64,000 bases of DNA from Bdellovibrionales bacterium. Lineage in GTDB: Bacteria; Bdellovibrionota; Bdellovibrionia; Bdellovibrionales; UBA1609. Below are positions 10,701 through 19,876 of this stretch, piece after piece. The stretch is from positions 1,472,001 through 1,536,000 of the forward strand of contig OZ241456.1 in NCBI GenBank assembly GCA_965200875.1, written 5' to 3'. Position 1 is the stretch's first letter. The number at the start of each line of letters is the position of its first letter. Below the pieces are notes generated by a model. It worked only from the letters and a program-made list of their open reading frames with translations. It made no database searches and was not told the origin of the DNA. Position numbers and translations under genes: made by a program.

Positions 10701-10916
10701 TCAAGACTTGTTTTTCAGCTTTTTGATTTCCTCTTCAGAAAGACCGGTCATCTCAGAAATAACGGAAAACTTAAAATTACTTTTTAGCATATTAAGTACC
10801 ACTTCCTGACGACCTTCCTGACGGCCTTCCTGACGGCCTTTTTGCATACCTTCTCTTAGACCTTTCTGCATGCCTTCTTGTATACCCACTAATTTAATCT
10901 CTTCTCTTATATCCAT
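10701..10916 (-). CDS. Putative internally initiated small C-terminal Rpn product (RpnS-like antitoxin, 71 aa)
   Basis: AGAGGAGG-TTAT-ATG in frame inside rpn, just before the QEG repeats. Confidence 0.65.
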   Translation of the reverse strand: MDIREEIKLVGIQEGMQKGLREGMQKGRQEGRQEGRQEVVLNMLKSNFKFSVISEMTGLSEEEIKKLKNKS

Positions 10917-11735
10917 ATAACCTCCTCTTTTTAATAAACTTCTTTCTATTGCCAACTGCTCAACTCTTTTCCATAACTCAACACTCACTCCACCCGCTGA
11001 CTTCAAATAATCCACTGCACTTAATATCAAATCCTCTCGCTTTCCCGAAAAAACTGAAAACGCAGACACAAACTCCAACAACTCCGGCACACTCTTCTTT
11101 AAAAACCATATCTTGCTTAGCAATGCTAATGCTCCACGGCTTTGAATGTTTGGATCCTTTAAAGCTTTTTGAACTTGTGGATCATGGGTGTCCAACAATT
11201 TTAACTTGTAATCTAACATACTTTTACGAAAGGAAACAGGAATTTTATTAAAAAACAGTCCAAAAATGGCTTCCTGAAAAGAAATGGGCCAGCTCCAAGG
11301 CTTTTTTCCATGATAAAACACAATGGGAATAACAGCTATAATGTTGTCTGACTTCCGTTCATAGAGAAGAGTCTGATAGGATAAGACTTGCCGGAAGAGG
11401 TTTTTATTGTAAGAGGACTTGTGTTCCAGAAGGATACAGAACTGAAACTTGGCAGAAGGGTTGTCTTTAAGAGCGACTGTAAAAACCAAGTCTGCCCTTT
11501 TATCTTTTAAACTGTCTTTTTCCACTTTTAAAGTATCCCAGTCGCAGGCTGAAAATTCTTCTGGAGATAAGACCAGTTTAAAGATCTCTTTGGCAAATGC
11601 AATTTCTGAAAAAAATCTTTTAAAGAATCTATCGTGCAGATTATCCAAAGTTTTGCCTGCCGACACTGCTATTATTTTTTTCGCCTTTGATTTTTTCAAT
11701 AATTTTTTTTGAAATTTAACTGGTTGTTTTGTCAT
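10701..11735 (-). CDS. Rpn/YhgA-like PD-(D/E)xK nuclease (putative transposase family)
   Basis: HDRFFKRFF, RADLVF, LLEHKS, PIVFYHG; C-terminal (Q/R)EG repeats and TGLSEEEI. Confidence 0.92.
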   Translation of the reverse strand: MTKQPVKFQKKLLKKSKAKKIIAVSAGKTLDNLHDRFFKRFFSEIAFAKEIFKLVLSPEEFSACDWDTLKVEKDSLKDKRADLVFTVALKDNPSAKFQFCILLEHKSSYNKNLFRQVLSYQTLLYERKSDNIIAVIPIVFYHGKKPWSWPISFQEAIFGLFFNKIPVSFRKSMLDYKLKLLDTHDPQVQKALKDPNIQSRGALALLSKIWFLKKSVPELLEFVSAFSVFSGKREDLILSAVDYLKSAGGVSVELWKRVEQLAIERSLLKRGGYMDIREEIKLVGIQEGMQKGLREGMQKGRQEGRQEGRQEVVLNMLKSNFKFSVISEMTGLSEEEIKKLKNKS

Positions 11736-12138
11736 GACAGTCTCCTTTGTTATGTTGGTTTACATTTTTAAACCATAGTTTCTGAATAAAGAACAGGAAT
11801 TTTTTATATTGGATGAGTTTGATTTTTTAACTGGCACAATAGATAACCTAATGAGTTGTTCCTGATAGTAAAAAAAACCGATCATCTATAATGAGGCTTT
11901 ATTAAACATTTTCTCTATTTGTTTTACAGGATCAGAATGATTTTTTTGAATGAATATCAAAAACTTGTTTTAAGTAAACTAAACTCCGAAGTTTCTCAGG
12001 AATTAAAAGAAGCTTTTATTGTTTTAAGAAAAGTCTGTGAACAGGACTAAGCATATACAACAAAATCCGTTGTCCAAGAAAATGGCCTTGAGTAAGGCTT
12101 TGAAAGGGTAGGAGATAGTGTAAAGTGTGTACTTTTTT

Positions 12139-12161
12139 TTACAGTAGTGTAAAGTTTTCAC
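12139..12161 (+). promoter_or_regulatory. Shared upstream motif TTACA-N4-TGTAAAGWTWCAC, copy 1
   Basis: TTACAGTAGTGTAAAGTTTTCAC; similar copies at 26464, 36420 and 37552. Confidence 0.5.
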
Positions 12162-12303
12162 TATCTTTAAAAAATTATTGCAAACACACTTAAAGTCCTT
12201 TATTTATAAGCTTGCATAGCAAGATTCCCGTTTTCAAGGGACTGTAAAAAAACAACAACTTGGCTTTTCATCTGGAATTTTAACAAAAAATCAGGAGGAT
12301 TGT

Positions 12304-13143
12304 ATGAAAAAATTAATGTATTATTTGATGGTGGTTTTTGTTCCACTGTTACCACTTTCGGGTTATGCCCATGTACCTCCAAAGCCAAGTGATCATACGG
12401 ATAGCCACAAGATAAATAATTTTTCTCTTGGTCCTCAGGAGATTTTAGCAGTGGAAGAGCAAGCTTCTCAGATGAAAGCAGGTCTTGAGCATTTAGGTGC
12501 AGGTGACATTCAGAGGATGTTTGTTCTTCCTAGAAAAGAGAGTGTATCATCAGAATCGTCTGAAAGTGAGGGAATGGTTCGTGTGGCTTTTTTGGATACG
12601 GCGAAGAAATGTTTTGTGTATGACAGCATGACCAAAGAGATGGTTATTTGTGATGAGGAAGATACAGTTTTGGTGAGAGATTCAGAAGAGGTTTTAGCGA
12701 GTTCTCTTTCTTCGTATGCTCCTGTTGATTCTTCTTTTATTCCGGTGGGAGCTTTACAAACGGCTGGCTTAAGAGATTTTATATGTACTTATGAAACCGA
12801 GATAAAAATAGGAGCAGGAGTATTAGCAATAGCAGGAACATTAATAATAGCAAAAGCATTTGCAATAACAGGAGGAGCAATAGCAGTAACAGGAGCACTT
12901 TTAGGAGGAGCAACTGGAATAGCATTAGTAAACGCAGGAATACAAGAAACATATTTGGGATTAGGAACAGGAGCAGGAGCATTAGCAATAGCAGGAGGAG
13001 TAACACAATTCACTGGAGCAAAAGTAGGAGCATTAGTTTCTGCAATAAGCTTACCAACAACACTAGCATTACTAGGAGCAGTGGCAGTAACAGGATCAGC
13101 AAAAGGGATAATTGCTTTCTCTTTATGTCCGACAAGAGGTTAA
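12304..13143 (+). CDS. Secreted hypothetical protein with Gly/Ala-rich hydrophobic C-terminal half
   Basis: AGGAGG RBS, signal-peptide-like N-terminus, GxxxG-rich hydrophobic C-terminus. Confidence 0.75.
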   Translation: MKKLMYYLMVVFVPLLPLSGYAHVPPKPSDHTDSHKINNFSLGPQEILAVEEQASQMKAGLEHLGAGDIQRMFVLPRKESVSSESSESEGMVRVAFLDTAKKCFVYDSMTKEMVICDEEDTVLVRDSEEVLASSLSSYAPVDSSFIPVGALQTAGLRDFICTYETEIKIGAGVLAIAGTLIIAKAFAITGGAIAVTGALLGGATGIALVNAGIQETYLGLGTGAGALAIAGGVTQFTGAKVGALVSAISLPTTLALLGAVAVTGSAKGIIAFSLCPTRG

Positions 13144-13288
13144 TTTAGTCAGGGTGACTAAGTCTGTTTAGTGGACAAGTGCTTTTTACAAGAAAACAAA
13201 TGGTTTTGTTGTAAAACCTAGCAGTTTTTTCTGAACCTTTTATAAAAAAAATCAAGTAATCACAGTGCGTTAACAGCCTCCTGAAAAA

Positions 13289-14391
13289 TCAGAAATAATT
13301 AAATTCTACTTTACTCTGTAAAATAATTTCATTAAAAATCTCATCAGTATAACCATCTTTGACAGCTGATTTAAAGCATTCGTGTAATTGATTGATATTG
13401 ATGATTTCTTCGATACTTTCCATATATTTTTCCACTACTTTTTTTATAGAGTAAATTCTTATTGCGTCAGTTTTTATTTTTTCCAAAATTTTTTGTTTAC
13501 TGTCTTTTGATTTCACTACAAAAGTTACTGGATATCGGTGTATTTTATCGATATCTAAAAAATATTTTTTTACATCTAAAGTTTCCGTTACCTGAAAAAA
13601 TCTCCCCAAGGGTTTCATTACAAAATCAATACCACCATCATTAGCATTTGTTCTACCAGTCTTGTAGAGTGTTAATTTATCTTCTTTAATTTGATCTACT
13701 TCAAAACCCCAATAGATTTTTTGATCATTGTAATGATATTTTAAAATAGAATAACTCACTATTTCAAATAATCTGGCATCCATATTTGGTTTAAGTAAAT
13801 TAAAAATGAAACGTACCATTTCACTTGATTTCTTTTTCTGAGTTTTTTGTAAGGTAAGACAATGTTTTATAAATTGTTCTAAAGATTCTTTTTTAACTTT
13901 TGCGTATTGATCAATAATTTCCAGAATAGCACAAGCTAAATTATATTTTTTTCTACCAAATTTAATTTTAATAAGATTTTCATTAATCCAATATCTGTTA
14001 GTTTCAAGATTTCTTAAAATCGGTGTATATTCAGAATGTGGAAAAAATTTTTCAAATTCTGCATTCATTCGATTATTTAAAGCATGGTTTTGTAACTTGG
14101 CACCAAAAGGTAGCTCTCTTTGTCGTTTAAATAGTTTAGTAAACTCCACTCCTTCATATTTTGAATAATCATTTTTTTTGTCAAATCCTTTATTTAAGTA
14201 ATCCTCTATAATGACATAAATTGCATATAAGTTTGCAAAACTGCCTCGTGCTTTCGAACCTCTATTTGCTGATTTTGTTTTGATATTTATATATTGTAAC
14301 AAGTGGCTTTTCCAAAAAGATTGTCACTAACTTTTGAAAAGTGTGCATTTAATATCTTTTTCATTACAAGTGTGAATTGGTGTTCCATCAT
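13289..14391 (-). pseudogene. Putative type II restriction endonuclease, frameshifted near the 5' end
   Basis: MMEHQFTLVMKKILNAHFSKVSDNLFGK is in one frame; SHLLQYINIKTKSANRGSK...RTNANDGGIDF...QVTE continues in the -1 frame. The shift maps to the A4 run at 14308-14311. Directly follows an MTase gene. Confidence 0.7.
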
Positions 14392-14418
14392 TTTTAGACT
14401 CATGGTTAAAGTATAACT

Positions 14419-15279
14419 TTAAAGAAAAGAAAGCTCATGTTGTAATTCATTTGTTTTTTGTTTATAGTTTTTGACTTCCTTTTTCAAAGCTTTGCCTTTA
14501 TATTTTTTTTGAATAGAAAGCCTCCTTAATCCGATTTTTACATAATCTTCCTGTAACTCTATCCCTAATGATCTTCTTTCCAGCTTTTTAGCGACAAATG
14601 ATGTTGTAAAAGTGCCAGAAAAAAGATCCAACACAAGTTCTCCTTTATGAGAGCTGGCTTTAACAATTCGTTCCAGTAAAGCCACTGGTTTTTGGGTAGG
14701 ATGATTTTCATATTCTTCCATCCGATAGCGCACTCTGGGGAACTCCCAAACATTACCAGGAACTTTTTTTGAATTATACACTTGTGGAGGGGTTTTTCTG
14801 TAGTCTATTAATTGTCTCGTTGCTCCTGTTTTTGCTGAAACTAATATATCTTTCGCATTAAATGTGTATTGGTTTTTATCTTTTACGCAAAACAAAATGG
14901 GTTCATATAAAGAACCATAATATTTTTTTGCCTGTACACCGGAGCTATCATAATACCACACTATGCGAGATAAAATAGAAAGTTTCCCGCGAAGAAAAAT
15001 ATCAAAATAGGGCATAAATTGAGTGGATGTCATAACATACATACTCCCGTTCGGTTTTAGTTTTTCGATAGATAAGTCCAACCATTTATAGCACCATTTT
15101 ATATAATGTTGATCATTATTCCATTTATCCTTATAACCATTAAAGTTTTTCCCGATATTGTAAGGAGGATCAATAAAAATTAAGTCAACTGTATTATCGC
15201 CGATGGTCTGCAAAGCCTCAATGACATCACCCATAATTATTTTATGGGTTTTGTTTCCAAATATTTTTACTTTCTTCAT
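14419..15279 (-). CDS. yhdJ: Adenine-specific DNA methyltransferase, YhdJ-like (beta class)
   Basis: DPPYNIGKNF, YDSSGVQAKKYYGSLYEPIL, VPGNVWEFPRVRY, HPTQKP, DLFSGTFTT; closely resembles E. coli YhdJ. Confidence 0.88.
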   Translation of the reverse strand: MKKVKIFGNKTHKIIMGDVIEALQTIGDNTVDLIFIDPPYNIGKNFNGYKDKWNNDQHYIKWCYKWLDLSIEKLKPNGSMYVMTSTQFMPYFDIFLRGKLSILSRIVWYYDSSGVQAKKYYGSLYEPILFCVKDKNQYTFNAKDILVSAKTGATRQLIDYRKTPPQVYNSKKVPGNVWEFPRVRYRMEEYENHPTQKPVALLERIVKASSHKGELVLDLFSGTFTTSFVAKKLERRSLGIELQEDYVKIGLRRLSIQKKYKGKALKKEVKNYKQKTNELQHELSFL

Positions 15280-15297
15280 ATTATTAATTCTGGTACA

Positions 15298-15747
15298 TTA
15301 TAAATGTGTTATTTTTATAGTGTCCTTTGTCCATTTTTTTTCGAGATATTCCATAACCAATCTCCGATGACAATGTTCAGGTTCATGTTCACTGCATAGC
15401 AAACAACCACGATGTAATATGTGTTTTATGTCTTGCTCTTCAATACGCCTTTTAGCCATAAGTTCCAAAAAATTATCTTCGTAAACTGTCCAGTCTCCTT
15501 TGTTTTTTTTGTACTCATCCAAAATAATTTTTGTTGGGGCCATGTCAGGAATATGAATATAATCCATGTCAGTTAGTGTTTTCAGGAAATAAATCAGATC
15601 ATTTTTTTTCGCAAAACCTGCAAGTTGAGAGACATTGTTTAACCGAACATCCACTATTCGTTTTGCTCCAGATTGCTTCAGTTTTTCAAAAAAATCTTTA
15701 GCTGTCTTTTTCGTAAAACCAATGGTATAAGTTTCAATAGTGTTCAT
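15298..15747 (-). CDS. DUF488 family protein
   Basis: YTIGFT, IVDVRL, CLLCSEHEPEHCHRR. Confidence 0.88.
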   Translation of the reverse strand: MNTIETYTIGFTKKTAKDFFEKLKQSGAKRIVDVRLNNVSQLAGFAKKNDLIYFLKTLTDMDYIHIPDMAPTKIILDEYKKNKGDWTVYEDNFLELMAKRRIEEQDIKHILHRGCLLCSEHEPEHCHRRLVMEYLEKKWTKDTIKITHL

Positions 15748-15781
15748 ATTTTTTTATTTTATCCTTTAACCAGCCCAATCT

Positions 15782-16423
15782 TTAAGAAAAAAAACTAGGA
15801 TTATTTACAAAAGGTTCTTCAAGAGGATTGGAGATTGTTTTGTCAATATAGGCAATTTTTTGAGCTTGTAGGTCGTAAGCCTCTTCAATACATTCTTTTT
15901 CGGTTCTGAACATGTGCGGGGTTAGTTTAAATTTATCCATCAGTGTTTTTTCCATTTCCCGGTGCGTAAACACAGCACCATCTGGGAGTATATGCTTAAT
16001 TTCAGAAACATTTTCTTTTCGGCAAAGTTCCCGACAAACCAAGATCATTCTATGACACTTGAAAGGGTCTCCTTCAGAACACATAAGAGCGATATTGCAC
16101 ACGCTCAGTTTTTCCACAATTTGGCGTAAAGCTTCCTGAAAAACAAACAACTTGGCTACACGACTGTATTGTAGCCTTCCTTTATTGTCATAACAAGAAG
16201 GATTACTTATTCTGCCTCCCAGTTTACCACCCATAAACAAATACAAAATGTTATTTTTAAGTAATTCTTTTTCTATAAGCTCTTTGTTAAAAACCTTATT
16301 ATATTTGCTGTAGGGCTTTGACCTAACATCCCACACTTCCTGAATAGAATATTGGTTAAGCAGTTCCATAAACCGGACTGGCGTATGTGTGGAATGACCT
16401 ATTGTAAAAAGAGTATTTTTCAT
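15782..16423 (-). CDS. DUF488 family protein
   Basis: FTIGHS, DVRSKPYS, LGGR, ALMCSEGDPFKCHR. Confidence 0.88.
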   Translation of the reverse strand: MKNTLFTIGHSTHTPVRFMELLNQYSIQEVWDVRSKPYSKYNKVFNKELIEKELLKNNILYLFMGGKLGGRISNPSCYDNKGRLQYSRVAKLFVFQEALRQIVEKLSVCNIALMCSEGDPFKCHRMILVCRELCRKENVSEIKHILPDGAVFTHREMEKTLMDKFKLTPHMFRTEKECIEEAYDLQAQKIAYIDKTISNPLEEPFVNNPSFFS

Positions 16424-16471
16424 TGGTGTTTATTTTTCCTCAGGTTTAAGATATAAAGCCCTCACAATTAT

Positions 16472-17158
16472 TTAAAATGGCGGATCTTTAATAATGGAAG
16501 CTACTAATTTATAGTAATATCCCTCAAACTCCGCTACACTGACACATAAATATACATTATGTACATTGTATATGCCATTTTGTTTTTTTAAAAAATAATG
16601 CTCTGCCCTTGGATCTGTAATGGCCAAGTTATATTCATCTTTATTAGAATGAAATATAGCGCGTGTTTTTCGCTTTCCATTGAAAGAGCTTAACACTTCT
16701 ATTGTTAAATTTTCAAGATAAATCAAATACAACGATGAGCATAATGTCAGGTTATTATGTGTAACCGTAAAACGGTCATTATGCCCGTTGGAGCTGTGCA
16801 ATCCATTTACCCATAACTTTGAAGGTTTATCTGTCATAAAACCCAGACTGTTATAGTGTGATCTGCCGATTTTTCTCCAATGAGAATTGGAATCAATAAG
16901 ATGATTTTCCGGTTGAAGATTATGTCGCTTATGTTGGAGAAATCTAATGGATATAATATCCAACAACTGAGGATAATCTCCATTTTCAAGCATCCGCTCT
17001 TCTTCTGATATTTCTTCTGTGTGTCGGTTGCTGACAGGTCTTATCCATTGATCGGGCTGATTACTGATTATTTCTTTCCCGGCGATACATCGCCCGGATT
17101 TTTTTCTGGAGTTAGCCAGACAAACTATTCTTTTTTCATAACTCATTTGCCCATCCAA
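16472..17158 (-). CDS. Dual OB-fold domain protein (DUF488-associated)
   Basis: IVCLANSRKKSGRCIAG, WIRPVS, QPEN, ITDP, YKLVASI; sits next to two DUF488 genes. Confidence 0.72.
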   Translation of the reverse strand: MDGQMSYEKRIVCLANSRKKSGRCIAGKEIISNQPDQWIRPVSNRHTEEISEEERMLENGDYPQLLDIISIRFLQHKRHNLQPENHLIDSNSHWRKIGRSHYNSLGFMTDKPSKLWVNGLHSSNGHNDRFTVTHNNLTLCSSLYLIYLENLTIEVLSSFNGKRKTRAIFHSNKDEYNLAITDPRAEHYFLKKQNGIYNVHNVYLCVSVAEFEGYYYKLVASIIKDPPF

Positions 17159-17233
17159 TATCCAAGGTTAAAAGTTAATTTTATCTTAATTCCTACATAT
17201 CCATCACTGGTCAAAACTAATCATTCTTGGAGC

Positions 17234-19003
17234 TTAGCGGTCCAGCTCTCCAGCGATAACATTCATACTTCCTAAAATGGAGATTACATCGGCCACCAAT
17301 GTACCTTGTATTTGCTTGGGAAAAGACTGATAAATGGCAAAACAGGGAGGACGCACTTTTAAACGATAAGGTTGTCCACTTCCATCACTTATCAAATAAA
17401 AACCCAGCTCTCCATTGGCCGCCTCAGTGGCTGAATAGGTTTCCCCCTCAGGTGGTCTTAAACCATTCATTACCAACATAAAGTGTTGCATGAGGCCCTC
17501 AATATTACCATACACATCTTTTTTCTCTGGCAAAACAATATTTCTATCCCGAATGCTGTAGTCTCCAGGCGGAATATGAGGTGCCACTTGCTCAATAATT
17601 CTAAGGGACTCCCGCATTTCTGCCACTCTTACTAGGTAGCGATCATATACATCCCCGGTGGTGCCGGTGGGAATATCAAAATCCAACTCATCGTAGCCAT
17701 AATAAGGGTCAGCTTTTCTCAGGTCCAAATTCATACCTGTTGCCCGTAAACAAGGCCCTGTGTATCCCCACTGTATGGCCTCTTCCACAGACAAAGCACC
17801 AATACCTTGCGTGCGATCCATCCATATCCGATTTCCTGAAAGCAAAAGCTCCAGTTCATCCACTCCCTTTTTCATCTCCTCACAGAAAACCAAAACATCT
17901 TTAAACCAATCCTTAGGAGGATCCTGAGCCATTCCCCCCACTCGGGTAAGAGACACTGTAAGCCTTGCCCCGCAAAGCTTTTCAAACAAAGTGTAAACTT
18001 TTTCGCGATAAGTAAAAAGATGAAAAAAGCCGGTTAAAGCACCTAGATCAACAGCATTTGCACCAATACACACAATATGATCAATAATGCGGGAAAGCTC
18101 ACAGAGGATAACCCGGATGGCTTGAGCTTTCGGAGGTGCCTCCACCTCGAAAAGTTTTTCCACTGTTTTACAATAGCCCACATTATTCATGGGAGCGGAA
18201 CAATAATTAAGCCGATCCGTATAAGGGATAACTTGGTTATAGGGGTGGGTTTCCGCCATTTTTTCAAAACATCTGTGAAGATAACCTATTTCCACTCCGG
18301 CACGATATACTTTTTCCCCTTCCATTTGAGCCATAATGCGTAAAGTGCCATGAGTGGCAGGGTGTGAAGGACCAATGTTCAGAGGAATCAAGTCTTTTTC
18401 CTCATCGTCTGTGTTTTGATGATCTTCAGATATATGACCAGCCGAACCATTGTTGGAAGCCACTTTGTTATCCGTGCCGTTGGACATATTGTTGGCAACA
18501 GAACCAGGTTCGTTATCAAAGTGCAGAGGCAAAGCCTCAGTGCAATGTTGTTGATGATCGGCCAGATAGTCTTTCCGTAAAGGATGGCCTTTGAACTGAT
18601 GATGAGTCAGCAAACGCCTCATATTAGGATGATCTTCAAACATCACCCCAAACATATCGTAAATCTCCCGTTCAAACCAGTCTGCTGTTTTCCATACAAA
18701 TTGAGCAGTGGGTATTTGTTCCCCTTCTTTTAAGGCACTTTTTATTCTCAACCTGCCAGCAGTTTTGGAAGAAAAAAGCTCATACACAATTTCAAACCTT
18801 TTTTCTCTTTTTGGATAGTCCACTCCAGCCACTTGCATTAAAAAGTCAAATTGACCACTTTCTTTCAGATATCTCAGCAAAGGCACGACATGGGATGGAG
18901 AAACGATGACAATGTAATCTCCAAACTTTTCCTGAAATGTAAAGTTTTTGTTGGGAAACTTCCGACAAATCTTCTCTCGAAGAGATTTAAAAGATTGTTT
19001 CAT
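17234..19003 (-). CDS. nuoCD: NADH-quinone oxidoreductase fused subunit C/D
   Basis: NuoC motifs WFEREIYDMFG and GHPLRKDY, then NuoD motifs NIGPSHPATHG, GYLHR, GELDR. Confidence 0.95.
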   Translation of the reverse strand: MKQSFKSLREKICRKFPNKNFTFQEKFGDYIVIVSPSHVVPLLRYLKESGQFDFLMQVAGVDYPKREKRFEIVYELFSSKTAGRLRIKSALKEGEQIPTAQFVWKTADWFEREIYDMFGVMFEDHPNMRRLLTHHQFKGHPLRKDYLADHQQHCTEALPLHFDNEPGSVANNMSNGTDNKVASNNGSAGHISEDHQNTDDEEKDLIPLNIGPSHPATHGTLRIMAQMEGEKVYRAGVEIGYLHRCFEKMAETHPYNQVIPYTDRLNYCSAPMNNVGYCKTVEKLFEVEAPPKAQAIRVILCELSRIIDHIVCIGANAVDLGALTGFFHLFTYREKVYTLFEKLCGARLTVSLTRVGGMAQDPPKDWFKDVLVFCEEMKKGVDELELLLSGNRIWMDRTQGIGALSVEEAIQWGYTGPCLRATGMNLDLRKADPYYGYDELDFDIPTGTTGDVYDRYLVRVAEMRESLRIIEQVAPHIPPGDYSIRDRNIVLPEKKDVYGNIEGLMQHFMLVMNGLRPPEGETYSATEAANGELGFYLISDGSGQPYRLKVRPPCFAIYQSFPKQIQGTLVADVISILGSMNVIAGELDR

Positions 19004-19075
19004 GGCTGTTGTTCCTGAAATGTAAAATTCTTAACAAAGAGTACATAAGGGGATCTCAAATCCATCAAATCCACT

Positions 19076-19621
19076 TTATCTCCATACACCGGGCTTCCAG
19101 TTTTCCTTCCAAGGACGAGGAGTTTGATCCGTAATCATTTTCTGTATAACCATAACCCCATCCATAACGGCCTCCGGCGTTGGTGGACATCCAGGAATAT
19201 ACACATCCACGGGAATAATTTTATCCACTCCCTGCAAAACATGATAAGCCCGATAAAATCCTCCTGAACTGGCGCAAGCCCCCATTGAAAGCACAAATTT
19301 CGGTTCCAGCATTTGTTCATACACCCGAAGAATGACTGGTGCCATTTTCTCCGTAATGGTTCCTGCCACAATCAATAAATCTGACTGCCTAGGCGAAAAA
19401 CGCACCACTTCCGCGCCAAAACGAGCTAGGTCATACCTAGGCCCCATAACAGACATCATCTCAATGCCACAACAAGCTGTTCCGTAAGGCATAGGCCAAA
19501 GCGAATTTCTCTGCCCCCAAGCAGCTATTTTCCGAGCCTGAGTGGTAAAAACAAAAGAACCAGTACCTCCTGCCTGGTCTTTTTGCATTTTCGAACCTTG
19601 GTTATCCCGATTTGCTTTCAT
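19076..19621 (-). CDS. nuoB: NADH-quinone oxidoreductase subunit B
   Basis: [31 protein letters not shown]. Confidence 0.96.
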   Translation of the reverse strand: MKANRDNQGSKMQKDQAGGTGSFVFTTQARKIAAWGQRNSLWPMPYGTACCGIEMMSVMGPRYDLARFGAEVVRFSPRQSDLLIVAGTITEKMAPVILRVYEQMLEPKFVLSMGACASSGGFYRAYHVLQGVDKIIPVDVYIPGCPPTPEAVMDGVMVIQKMITDQTPRPWKENWKPGVWR

Positions 19622-19876
19622 TTAAACCCTCTTTTTTTGCTGATAAACTGTATTTTCCTCTAAATTGAGGCTTAAAAAATAACTTCTTGTAAACAAAAAT
19701 AAGTCCTGTTAATGTAACAGTGAGCATAAAAACACTTTACTGTTTACCTTTTTCTTTTATAAAGCTTTGTTTTCTGCTTTAAACGCAGGTATAAGGCCCC
19801 TGAAAATGCAAACTGTATAGAATATAACTTTACTTTGAACATAAAAATAAATCAATAAAACATCGCGGAAAACATT

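Noticed and set aside
10701..11735. Rpn gene as an IS element
   Set aside because: No terminal inverted repeats or target duplication found; the 'transposase' label of this family is not supported here.
12779..13013. Poly-Leu and Pro/Ala antisense ORFs
   Set aside because: By-products of the A-ending codon bias on the plus strand.
18947..18969. Imperfect palindrome in the nuoCD 5' end (ICRKFP) resembling the rhuM hairpin
   Set aside because: Several wobble or mismatched pairs and a single occurrence; likely chance.
3264..19621. Missing nuoA, nuoH and nuoJ-N
   Set aside because: Split nuo clusters are common, and as I recall occur in Bdellovibrio; the genes are probably elsewhere.
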